From Oscillospiraceae bacterium (GTDB taxonomy: Bacteria; Bacillota; Clostridia; Oscillospirales; Oscillospiraceae), in assembly GCA_031261635.1 (NCBI GenBank), contig JAISJH010000068.1, forward strand, positions 221-64,220: DNA of 64,000 bases. The letters run 5' to 3'. Below are positions 34,832 through 45,200 of the stretch, in pieces. Under the pieces are notes generated by a model. That model had not been told where the DNA came from. It searched no databases and saw only the letters and a program-made list of their open reading frames with translations. How positions within the stretch are numbered: position 1 is the stretch's first letter; every line of letters begins with the position of its first letter. A program made the position numbers and the translations under genes.

Positions 34832-37800
34832 TTACGCTGCAAAAGTTACTGTAGCTCCAGAGTCAACCCAAGCAGATTCCGCGTAACCCGAGCTAGCCGG
34901 CGTTCTGATATAAATGCTTACTATTTGTGCCGTGAACGCGAACGCTTGCGCCGGCAGTATTGATACGGTATTCTCTCCTGATGCTAGCGTAGCAGGGGCA
35001 AGGTAACTCAAGTACGGGCAAGTAGTCAATGAGTAGGTAGAGTCAAAGGCAATGTACTCAAGCTCCGCAGACGTTGCGTCAAACGACGCTGTTCCTACTG
35101 TTGGTCCGCTAATACTTCCGGATGTCCCAGATGTGATTTTGGTAAGTGCTAATGGAACAGTCGCCTTAACAGGGTAATCTTCAGACGGGATTGTCAATAA
35201 CCAATAGTAGAAGCCCGCTACTGGTGTCCAATCATAGAATCCACCTTCATCTACTTTATAGTCAGTTACAAACTGTGCGTCAGCGTAGGTATACACAGCG
35301 GTTGCACCCACGATATCCGTGGCCTTGACTAATTCCAGCATTTCAGCTGCGGTTTTTGTCGGCGTTGACGATGTTCCCTTAAAATCGGGGTGTGTCGGGT
35401 CGCCGTAAGCGTAAACTTGTGCGCTTCCTGCTAGCGTTGAGCTTGCATAAATCGCGGGGTAGAACTCAGTATTGTCATTCCTGTAAAGCAATTCTACATA
35501 CGTTGTAGTAGCTGAATAACCTGCTGCGTCAAGGATAAAGCGGTTTGGCTTGATATTTGTATTCGCGGGGGCACTGCTTTTTACTATTGTATTTTTGTTG
35601 ATATAATTTAGCGTGTCTCCCACAACATAAGCGTAGTCTCCCGCTGCCGGTGCTGCCGCTACGACTCCGCTGGCAAGATACGCATATGGGGCAGTTGCAG
35701 CAGCATAATCAGCTGCTGTTTTTCCGGATACAAACTGAATTTTAGCTACTCCATCCGGATTGGCAGTAGTCGGGTTTATAACATATGTTACAGAACCGTC
35801 TGTTTCAGGTAAAGTGGTAACAAGGGTAATTAAACCCGCCCAATCGGGACTACGCTGGATTCCGTCCCAAGTTACAGCACCGGCAAATTCTTCTTTGTGG
35901 ATAATAAATTCTTTTACAGTTGCTTTTGTGCCAAAAAGGTCGATAGTACTAAGTGCAAGGATATTAAGCTGGTTAACCGCAAGCGGATAGATTACTTTGT
36001 CCCAGCCTGTGCCGACGTTTTTAAGGGGCTGTTTTTCAGTTGCCGGAGGTGCCGACGGATAAACAACTTGGACAAATGTTGTCGTATCAGAAGCGAAAAT
36101 CGGGTCGTGTATAGCGTTCGGGGTCAACGTAAGATTACCTATGTCAGAGCGTGCCGTAGGAACCGTTCCCGCATAGGGTTGAGAGGTGTTTGTCGACACC
36201 GCTGCAGCGATAGAGGACGTATTACCACCAATGGCAAACAGAGCTGTAGTTCCGCCGGTAGTGATGTACTCATAGAACGTACCTGCCACGGCCGGTTTCG
36301 TTACATTCCTTTTGCCGTTACCATTTATGGCTTCGGTTGTCAATTGGGTAATATTACCTTTTGTGCCGTCATCGTAGATAACGTCAACTGTTGCTCCGGT
36401 TGTCGGGGTTTTATATAGGTTGCTGCCGCTTGTACCTGTAACAACATATAGATACTTAGCAGTCGTGGCCGACCACGATTTGTCAATGATAGTCGCGGGA
36501 TTGAATACAACACCGTGCGAACCTTCGATTAACTGAACCTTGCCTTCGAGCGAGGTCATTTCAACTGAACCTACATCTACCGCGTTTTTATCATACCATA
36601 CAAACGCCGTAGCTGATACACTGTCAACGGTGTATGTTACACGGCGCAAAGTACGAACCTGCGACGTCACTGTAACAGATTTTGGAGCCGCATCATTGAG
36701 GTAGAGATAATTGCCGCTGGACGCCTTTTTCGCGCCAACGCTATACGCTCCGACCGCAGTCGTTACGATAGTGGATTTCGGAACTACGGTAAGGTCAAGA
36801 AGACTTTCTATGGCCGTTGTTCCGCCAAGTGTATTATTAACGAGGTCTTCAAAAATAGAAATTGTTTTATACTTAGTTTCGCCGTTGGAATCCACATAAG
36901 AAACTACATTCACATAAGTTCCAAGGACAAATTTATCTGCGTTTGTAGGCGCAACGCCGGTGAACGCGATTGATTTTGCAGCTTCATTGTCACCATTGAG
37001 GACTACATCGTTGAAATCAAGCGAGAAAGTCGTTGAACCGATGATTTTAGCAGGATATCCGGCATACGGATACGCGGGGTCGTTAAGACCTGCCGTAAAG
37101 CTTCCAAGGTTTTCATAATGCGGTACAAATCCCGCGATGTACTTTCCTGACCCCTCAGCGAAAGCGCTGGCACCTCTGCCCGTCGCGATAAGCGCGGTTC
37201 CGGGGTAGCCAAATGCGTCGTGAGCACTTTCAAATTGGGTATTTGTGAGTTTCGCATAGCTATAGTAATATTTAGGCGCACCACCCGACGCATTATTAGC
37301 TAATTCCAACTCTTTCGTAGCTAAAAGCGCGGTGCGGTTCGTGGTGTACGTGTTAATCTTTTGGCCTGTATACGTGTTTACGTCGCTTGTAACGCGGTTC
37401 GCTGTCATAGCGTTAACAAGGATTTGCGCCGCCTGTTCGTAGGTGATCGCTACGTTCGGTTCTGACACGTTAATGCCGTCGAACAGTCTCGCTTCCGCCG
37501 CATAGCGGATAATGTCAGTCTGAGCATACGTCCAGTCGTTGGAAAGCTCGTAGCCAAGCATTTTTACGAGAAGTCCAGTCCAACCAAGAACGGTGATATC
37601 TTTGTCCGGGCTGAAAGTCGGTCCGATATTGCTCGTGCCTGTCATAAAGCCCATAGCGTATGCCCAACCGTCGCCGTTGCCGAATTTAGTCGAATGGTCA
37701 ACGAACGGCGAAACATAGACGTTGCCGAGTTTTGCCCATTCTGTGGGAGTGTTGTAAGCTTTGGCGAGCAAGGTTGCCGCCGCGCCGCGTGTAAATGTAG

Positions 37801-37998
37801 CTTTAGGGCTGAACTCGCCTTTATCGTTGCCGCTGAAAATGTCTAAAGCGGTGACGACCATAGCGGCGTCATAATAGCCCGGGTCGATTTTATCGACGTC
37901 AGTCCACTTCGCGAGGGTCTCGCCGACGAGCTTTGCGTCAGCCCCGGTGCCGATTGTATAGTCGGCCTGTTTGTCGACTGCCGCGGCACTAGTTCCCC
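34832..37998 (-). CDS. silent S-layer (SLH-domain) protein cassette 1: no promoter, SD, start codon or signal peptide
   Basis: The frame is open from the 42-bp core (GTSAAAVDKQADYTIGTG...) to the stop at 34832, with an in-frame TAA at 38014-38012 just upstream of the core. The N-terminal about 230 aa aligns with the four paralogs (TFTRGAAATLLAKAYNTP; GDGWAYAMGFMSGT..FSP; LLVKMLGY; DIIRYAAEARLF..ITYEQAAQILVNA), giving three SLH-like repeats. Confidence 0.8.
37957..37998 (-). repeat. 42-bp recombination core site, copy 1 (silent)
   Basis: GGGGAACTAGTGCCGCGGCAGTCGACAAACAGGCCGACTATA (read on the minus strand), identical in all five copies. Confidence 0.85.
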
Positions 37999-38126
37999 AG
38001 GAATGTACCGTTTACAATATATGTCAGCAAAACTGGCCGCAAAGCTAGACGTTTAGGCGCGCAACGCTCGATTTGGGGCGTTTTGAAAACTCTCGAAACG
38101 CTTCAAAACAGACTCGTTTTGCCCTC
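37999..38126 (-). repeat. conserved non-coding leader of a silent cassette (copy 1)
   Basis: ...GTTTTGAAGCGTTTCGAGAGTTTTCAAAACGCCCCAAATCGAGCGTTGCGCGCCTAAACGTCTAGCTTTGCGGCCAGTTTTGCTGACATATATTGTAAACGGTACATTCCT. It is alignable with the leaders at 41468-41594, 46773-46877 and 50129-50255. Confidence 0.8.
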
Positions 38127-38170
38127 AAAAAGCCCTCCAAACGGTCGTTTTTTCGACCGTTCAGAGGGCT
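38127..38170 (-). terminator. intrinsic terminator upstream of silent cassette 1
   Basis: AGCCCTCTGAACGGTCG-loop-CGACCGTTTGGAGGGCT followed by TTTTT on the minus strand. Confidence 0.75.
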
Positions 38171-38189
38171 ATTTCAAGCTTGCAAAACG

Positions 38190-38378
38190 CTACAGCGAGG
38201 CCTTGACCCTTATGCTCTCATTGGCGATTTTAGGCTTGCGGCGGCGCGCCTCGCGGGCTAATCGCGCGTCGATTTTCGCCTTTTCCGCCTGGTACCACGG
38301 CTCGAGCGCTTCCCAATCCTTTCGAAAATTCGGGTTTTTCATATTTTCCTCGTGCCATTTTTCATAATTCAGCATCAT
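38190..38378 (-). CDS. HigA-like antitoxin remnant lacking the HTH domain
   Basis: N-terminus NPNFRKDWEALEPWYQAEKAKIDAR resembles the leader segment of XRE-type antitoxins that pair with Gp49/HigB toxins. Where the HTH should begin, the ORF continues as LAREARRRKPKIANESIRVKASL and stops. Start overlaps the toxin stop (ATGA). Confidence 0.5.
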   Translation of the reverse strand: MMLNYEKWHEENMKNPNFRKDWEALEPWYQAEKAKIDARLAREARRRKPKIANESIRVKASL

Positions 38379-38725
38379 TTTTTTGCTTTCCTTTCGAAGT
38401 AGATTTTTCTATAATTTTTTGCTTTTTCAATCTCTTTTTTGGGAGTTTTTTGTGTTTTTTTAATAAATCCGTTAGTAAAAACGATGCGTTTTCCAACATA
38501 AAAAAAGTATAGAACGCGGGTAATATCCGAGCCCTGTTTGGCTCTCAGCTCGAAAATTCCGTCGCCGAGCGGGCTCGAATGGGGCTCGCGAAGCGCGGGG
38601 CCGTTTTCGTGAAGCAGCTTCACCACGCGGTCGACCTTAGCCCACATTTTCCCGTCCAAAGCCCCGATAAACTCGCCGACCGGCGACTTCCCGTCCTCGG
38701 TTTCAAACAACTCAATCTCATACAT
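38375..38725 (-). CDS. Gp49/HigB-like RelE-superfamily toxin (copy 1)
   Basis: MYEIELFETEDGKSPVGEFI...GDGIFELRAKQGSDITRVLYFFYVGKRIVFTNGFIKKTQKTPKKEIEKA matches the phage Gp49-like (DUF891) addiction-module killer pattern. Confidence 0.8.
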   Translation of the reverse strand: MYEIELFETEDGKSPVGEFIGALDGKMWAKVDRVVKLLHENGPALREPHSSPLGDGIFELRAKQGSDITRVLYFFYVGKRIVFTNGFIKKTQKTPKKEIEKAKNYRKIYFERKAKK

Positions 38726-38744
38726 CGCGCCACCTCACACGTAC

Positions 38745-38793
38745 AGTATACCACAACCCCACAAAAAAGTCAACCGCCCCCGTGGGGGCGGTT
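38745..38793 (-). promoter_or_regulatory. cassette-end module: GC hairpin overlapping the -35 of a sigma-A promoter (drives toxin pair 1)
   Basis: AACCGCCCCCACGGGGGCGGTT (38793-38772), TTGACT (38773-38768), 17-nt spacer, TGgTATACT extended -10 (38750-38745). Confidence 0.7.
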
Positions 38794-38819
38794 TTGGGTA
38801 ATTACAAGTAACGTCTTTA

Positions 38820-41467
38820 TCAGGACATCTGTAACCCTATTGTATAGAACAGTTCGGGGCGCGATTTATCGTAGTCTGTACCCGTGAAGTGATACGTGTA
38901 CGAACCGTCCTGGCTCGAAGCATTATATCCGACATCTGTTAACACAAAGATATTTATTTGGTCAGCAGTCGGCGCGGCACTTACGGCTTCAAAGGTAGCC
39001 AAAGTCGGTACTATAGCCGCGCCAACTTGTGTCTTTCCTTCGTATGCTAATAGGGCACCTACAGACGCTGTCGTTTGCGATGCGGATTTTTCTACTATCT
39101 TTGTAATCGGTAAATAAGTTGTTGCGTCTGAGCCAATTGTCAAAGTATAGAATGTTCCGTCCGAGTCGGTTGAAATATCCGTAACAACGCCGAAGCCGGA
39201 AACGTGCGGCTTATCAGCCCATATGTCATAGTTTGGTTTGTCAGCGTCAGTAGAAGCCAACCCTACTCCGTTGTGTACTAAAAACGCTCTGCTTGCAACG
39301 GGATACAGCGACGGGACATATAGAATGTCAACTGTTCCGTCAGTTGCGTAAGCAATGTTCTGGTATCCGGTCGCGGCTCTTGTCGCAAGGTCATACCCAA
39401 ATTCGGGAGACGCGGACGCTGCCGGGTTCAACGCAACTTGTTTTACCGTCGTGGTTGAGGTAATACCTAAGGCCGTTCCGGGCGCCGTTTCATACTGCGC
39501 GTTTGTCCAGTTAGGAAGTGCGGGCCAAATTCCCGGGGTAGCCGTAGACGAACCTGCTGTCGGTGTGTTATCTTGTGTCGCAAGCTGTTTCGCAGAACCG
39601 AGCGAATTGCCGCCTAGTGCGAACAAGGCATATGTCCCGTCAGTCTGAACAACATATTCGTAGAATACGCCGTGTGTTGCAACTGCGGTTTCAAGTTCTT
39701 TAAGGTTCAAGCTGTTTGTTTTTCCGTTACCGTTGATTACAGAATTCTTTGCTGTAAGTCTGATGTTTTTGACAGAACCATCTTCGAGTATAACATATAG
39801 TGTTCCGTCCTCTGCCTGTTTCGCCGCAAGCGATATTCCTTGTGCGCCGGTGGCGACGCTTTTAATCGGAACATACAGGTAGGTGGCAGAATAGGCAGTC
39901 CACGTGGCGACTTTTGCGCCCTCAATGAAGTGCAGCGCACCGTGTTCGCCAATGATTGTGTTTACCTTTCCGTCAATGAAGTTCGCCTGATTTACTACCG
40001 CCAAGTCGGTCGCACCATAGGCGTCCAACGTTAATCCTGCTTTTATCGCGGTTTTTGCCGCGCCGTCGCTTGTATATGATACAGTACCCGCAGAATTACT
40101 ATAGCTCTTGACTGTAATTGAAACAGGTGTAACGGCTTTTGCCGCTAAATATTTTCCTGTCCAAGCATATGAATCCGTCGGAGCGGCAGTAGCCTGAACG
40201 CCAAGAACAAAGGTTTTTGCCGTACTCGGAAGGGTAGCAATTATACCGTCAGTAGTGTTTTTCACTTCATCGGCTGCCAAAAGTTTTACAGTAGCGGCAT
40301 AGGGTCCGGCAGACGGACCGTCATTCAGAATGATTGATTCAAAAATGCCGATTGTCTTGTAAAGTTCGCGCGAATCTTCGGTATATTTTACTAGTTCAAG
40401 GAAAGTTCCGTTCGGGACAGCAACGTTCGTCGCCCCCATAAAGTACAGATAAGTACTTGTAACAGTGGGTTCGGTCGAGCCATTCAGTATTAGTTCTTGT
40501 CCTGCGTTGTTCGACGCGTATGTCGAGTTATAAATTGTATCATCACCCGCCCACGCAAGGCCCGGGGCGGTCAATCCCGCAGTAAAGGAATCGACGACAG
40601 CGTAGTGAGGGACAAAACCCGTGATGTACTTTGTGCTTGTGCTAGAAATTCCACCGCTCCATTTTACTAACGCGGTTCCGGGATAGCCGAACGCGTCACG
40701 CGCGGCCGCGTTTATTCCGTCAGAATATAATGTCTCAAAACCGTAATAATATACCGGTTGCGGTCCGTTGTAACCTGATGTCGTGTCCTGTGTCTTTTGC
40801 AAAAGCGCGGTACGGTTTTGCATATATACATCGTACTGCTGTCCGGTGTATTGGTTGCGGTCGTTCGTTACTCGTTTCGCTTTAAGGGCGTTAACGGTAA
40901 TCTGCGCCGCTTGCTCAAACGTAACTTTTGCGGTCGGGTCAGTCACAGTGATACCTGAAAACAATTTCGATTCCGAAGCGAAGCGGATAATGTCGATTTT
41001 GTAGTTTTCAGTCAAGGTGTATCCGAGCATTTTAACGAGCATACCGGTGTACTCGAGAACGGTAATGTCGCGCGCCGGGGAAAATTCTGTCCCGGCTTTG
41101 TTGGTTCCGCTCATAAAGCCTAGAGCATACGCCCAGCCCGCTCCGTTAGCAGCGTAGCTTCCGTCAGTATCGGTGAACGGTGAAACATAGATAGGGCCAA
41201 GTTCAGCCCAAACTTTAGGCGTGTTGTAGGACTTGGCGAGCAAAGTAGCCGCCGCGCCGCGTGTGAAAGTTTTCTTAGCGTTGAAAGCTCCGTCAGTACC
41301 CTCAAAGATACCGAGAGCCGTCACGACCATAGCGGCGTCGTAGTAACCCGCGTCGATGTCGGCCGCGTCAGTCCACTTGGCGAGGGTCTCGCCGACGAGC
41401 TTCGCGTCAGCCCCGGTGCCTATTGTATAGTCGGCCTGTTTGTCGACTGCCGCGGCACTAGTTCCCC
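38820..41467 (-). CDS. silent S-layer (SLH-domain) protein cassette 2: no promoter, SD, start codon or signal peptide
   Basis: The frame is open from the 42-bp core to the stop at 38820. The N-terminal SLH-like region is conserved (TFTRGAAATLLAKSYNTP; AGWAYALGFMSGT..FSP; MLVKMLGY; DIIRFASESKLF..VTFEQAAQITVNAL). The C-terminal two-thirds are divergent. Confidence 0.8.
41426..41467 (-). repeat. 42-bp recombination core site, copy 2 (silent)
   Basis: Identical 42-mer, in frame with cassette 2. Confidence 0.85.
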
Positions 41468-41594
41468 AGGAATGTACCGTTTACAATATATGTCAGCGAA
41501 ATCGACCGCAAAGCTAGATTATTAGGCTCGCAACCCTCGATTTGGGGCGTTTCAAGTTGTCTCGAAACGCTTTAAAACAGCCTTGTTTTGCCCT
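41468..41594 (-). repeat. conserved non-coding leader of a silent cassette (copy 2)
   Basis: Alignable with 37999-38126. It ends ...GCTGACATATATTGTAAACGGTACATTCCT next to the core. Confidence 0.8.
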
Positions 41595-41640
41595 AAAAAA
41601 GCCCTCCAAACGGCCGTTTTTTTCGACCGGTTAGAGGGCT
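41595..41640 (-). terminator. intrinsic terminator upstream of silent cassette 2
   Basis: AGCCCTCTAACCGGTCG-loop-CGGCCGTTTGGAGGGCT followed by TTTTTT on the minus strand. Confidence 0.75.
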
Positions 41641-41659
41641 ATTTCAAGCTTGCAAAACG

Positions 41660-41845
41660 CTACAGCGAGGCCTTGACCCTTATGCTCTCGGCGGAGATTT
41701 TGGGCTTGCGGCGGCTCGCCTCGCGGGCTAATCGCGCGTCGATTTGGGCTTGTATTTGCTTGCCCCAGTCCTCGAGGGCGTCGTATTCTTTGCGAAATTC
41801 CGGGTCTTTTAATTGTTCCGCTAAATAATCTGAAAATTTTCTCAT
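41660..41845 (-). CDS. HigA-like antitoxin remnant lacking the HTH domain (copy 2)
   Basis: MRKFSDYLAEQLKDPEFRKEYDALEDWGKQIQAQIDAR, then the same tail LAREASRRKPKISAESIRVKASL as copy 1. Confidence 0.5.
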   Translation of the reverse strand: MRKFSDYLAEQLKDPEFRKEYDALEDWGKQIQAQIDARLAREASRRKPKISAESIRVKASL

Positions 41846-42195
41846 AATAAATTCCTCCTGTTTTCCCGGTATTCATCTCTGTATTTTTTTGCTTTTTCAA
41901 TTTCATTGGGCGGTATTTCCTGTGTTTTTTTGATAAAACCGTGCGTCAAAACCACAGTTTTTCCCTCGATAAAAAAGTACAGAACACGTGTAATATTCGA
42001 GCCGGACTGCGCTCGCAACTCCAAAATGCCGTCCCTCAAATACGCCGAATGCGGACGCCCGAGTTTTGGCCCGTTGTCGGCCAATTTTTCAATAACTTTA
42101 ACCATTTTTGTTCTCATTTTTTTGTCCAAAGAATTAAGAAATTCTTCGGCCGGCTTGTCGCCGTTGCCCTTTTCAAACAAAATAATCTCATACAT
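41842..42195 (-). CDS. Gp49/HigB-like RelE-superfamily toxin (copy 2)
   Basis: MYEIILFEKGNGDKPAEEFL...RDGILELRAQSGSNITRVLYFFIEGKTVVLTHGFIKKTQEIPPNEIEKA. Confidence 0.8.
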   Translation of the reverse strand: MYEIILFEKGNGDKPAEEFLNSLDKKMRTKMVKVIEKLADNGPKLGRPHSAYLRDGILELRAQSGSNITRVLYFFIEGKTVVLTHGFIKKTQEIPPNEIEKAKKYRDEYRENRRNLL

Positions 42196-42214
42196 CGCGC
42201 CACCTCACACGTAC

Positions 42215-42263
42215 AGTATACCACACCCCCGCAAAAAAGTCAACCGCCCCCGTAGGGGCGGTT
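42215..42263 (-). promoter_or_regulatory. cassette-end module: GC hairpin overlapping the -35 of a sigma-A promoter (drives toxin pair 2)
   Basis: AACCGCCCCTACGGGGGCGGTT (42263-42242), TTGACT (42243-42238), 17-nt spacer, TATACT (42220-42215). Confidence 0.7.
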
Positions 42264-42291
42264 TTGGTATCCGTTAGATTTATAGTTTAAT

Positions 42292-45200
42292 CTAAGGTGC
42301 CACGTATTCGTCGAGGTCTAGCCCCGCCCAGGTAAGGATCAGGAAGTTAGCTCCAACGATGTCATAGGATTCTGCTGTATTGGTTCCCATCATAAGGTCT
42401 AAGCTTCCGGCAGGTACCGGTCCGTACGCGATTGTGAAAGTCACGTCGCTAAGCAGGATTCCGCCGCCAATCGCTGTTCCGTCCGCTCCTGCGTAGTCCG
42501 TTCCATACCAGTCGTGCCACGGGTTATTTTCCGCCCACCACGCAAGGAAGTCAGTTTCGTCCAACGTTCCTTCCGGCTGATAAGCTTTATCTCCGTCGTA
42601 GCTTCCTTTTGGTGTCGAGCTGTATACACCACCCGTGAGGTCTGTCGACGAGAACATCGTCTGGTCTGCCGCCGCAAGTGCTTTACTTACATAGATTGCG
42701 GGGTAGAAGCCGTTTCCGGCGTTGTCAAGGACTTCGAGATAAACGGTTGTGTTCGAGTAGTCTTTACCGTCAAGAATTAGATATTCGTCTCCGATATTGC
42801 TGTCTGCCAAGGCAACCGGACTTGTTTTATACGTTGCGTTGTTGATGTAGTACAAGTCATATCCGGCAGTTTCCGAGCCGATTAGGTAACCGTAGTCGCC
42901 TTTTACCGGAACATTGGAGTTCGCCGCAATAATTGCTGAGGGTACCGCGTCATCACCTGTAACCGCAACAGTCTTGTTAATCGCCTTGTTAATCTTAATT
43001 CCTACGCCGTCCGAAGTATTTACGAGGTAGTGCGCGTTAGCACCTTTTCCCGCTGCCATAGCGTTTTCAATTTTGATTACGCGGTCAGGAGATACCACGC
43101 CGCTCGCCCAGTCTGCACCGCCTGAAGTTTCGAAATGTACAATAAATTCTTTAACGGCTGTGTTAGGCGTTACCGCGTTAAGTGCGAGTACGGCAAGCCA
43201 GCTTATGTTATCCGGGTAGATGATTTTGTTGTAGCCAACCCCGGTATTTTTTACAGGTGCTTTCCAGGAGGCGGTCGCTACTGTATCGTAAGGATAGATG
43301 ACCTGGGTAAAGGTTGTGGCCGCGTTGGTATAAACTGTTTGAGCCGTATACGCGCCCGGCATATCCGCTAGGAGATACCCGCCCCAGTTCGGCTTTGCGC
43401 CGGGGTCAGCAAGCGCCAGGTTTGCACGAGAGTCGTGTACGGTAACATACGGCGCCGCAGAGAAAACAGCAACCGCCGCCGCGCCGCCGGCCGGAGCCGC
43501 TACGTCAAACAGGTTTACTGTGCTGCCCGTTACAACAGTGTACTCATAGAATGTCGTTGCTTTAACATCGTCCGGGTCTAGATAGTTCTTTGCACCCGCG
43601 CCGTTGAGGGCTTCTTTGTCGCTAAGTGTGATTACTCCGATTGAACCGTCGTCGTAGATAACGTCGAACTGGTCGTCTTTAAGCGTGTCGCTTCTGTCAG
43701 ACGCGAACAGGTTACTCTCTACCCCGGCAAGTGCAGGGATAAACAGATACTTCGCGCCGAGAGCCGTCCACGTTGTGTCTACGCTGGTACCCGCGTTGTA
43801 CAGAACGCCGTGCGAGCCGATTACGAGTTTGAAGCGTCCTTCGACCGCCGTTGATTCTGTCCCGAGAGCGGAACCCTGGAAGTTGTTGTCAAGTCCGGTA
43901 GCGGTTACGCCGTCAACTACATATGTTATACGTCCGAGTGTCCGTATATTGCTCGTTACCGTGACAACCTGTTCTTTCGCTCCCTCTGCGTAGAAGTAAA
44001 CGAAATCTTTAGATGTCGCGCCGGAGTTTGCTTCGTCCTTAATGTACAGAGCGAAGGAACCGACATCGACTGTAGCTTTAGCGTTTTTGGCCGCAAGCAG
44101 CGGGCTGAGTTTGTATTCGGTAGCCGCCGTAAGAGCCGCGGCGCTTGCCGTCTCTTTGAAAGCGACGTCCTTGTAGTTCAGTTCGCCGGACGCGTCGGTG
44201 TAGCTAACCACATCAACGTAGGTGCCAAGTAAGAATCCGCCTGAAAGACGTTCCGGGTGGTCTACCGCTCCGACTTTCACGGAGTTCTTAATTGCGCTAA
44301 GCGTAGTTACCGCGCCGTTAAGTACGATACCGCCGCCGGTCGTTTTGACAGCCGCCGCGTGACCGGAGGAACCGGCTGTGCTAAGCGTTGTAAGCCCCGC
44401 TGTAAAGTCGCCTACACTTGTAAAGTGCGGTACAAAACCCGCGATATAGCCCGCGCTGTAGGTATTGTTAGCCGCTTTAAGAATTAGAGCTGTTCCGGGA
44501 TAACCGTATGCGTCGTGAGCCTCAGCCGCTGTCGCTGTACGTGTCAGCGTAGCCAAAGTATAGTTGTACTTTCTCGCGTCTATTATAGTAGAGGTAGGCG
44601 CAATCGTACCGTCGTAAAGCAACGGTGTACGGTTAACCGAATACGTGTCATAATTCTGACCTGTATACGAGTTACGGTCACTTGCTACGCGGTCTGCCTG
44701 TAGCGCGTTAACCATAATCAGTGAGGCCTGTTCGTAGGTAATCTTTGCGTTCGGGTCAGAGATAGTGATACCTCTGAATAGGTTCGCTTCACTCGCAAAG
44801 CGAATGATGTCGGTCTTATAATTCTCGGTAAGCGTATAGCCGAGCATTTTAACCAACATACCGGTAAACTCGATAACGGAAATCTCGCGTTTGGGGCTGA
44901 AATAAATCTGCCCGCCGGCACTTCCGGTACCGCTCATATACCCGAGTGCATACGCCCAGCCGTCGCCGTTGCCGTAATCACTAACGTGGTCAACAAACGG
45001 TGAGACATAAATGTCGCCGAGCTGTTCCCAGGTAGCGGGCGTGTTATACGCTTTAGCGAGCAACGTAGCCGCCGCGCCGCGTGTAAAGGTGGTTTTTGGG
45101 GTAAGCTCCTTATTGGTATTACCCGTGCGGATACCAAGAGCCGCTAAAACCATTGTAGCGTCGTAATAGCCCGCGTCAAGCTCCGCGATATCGGTAAACT

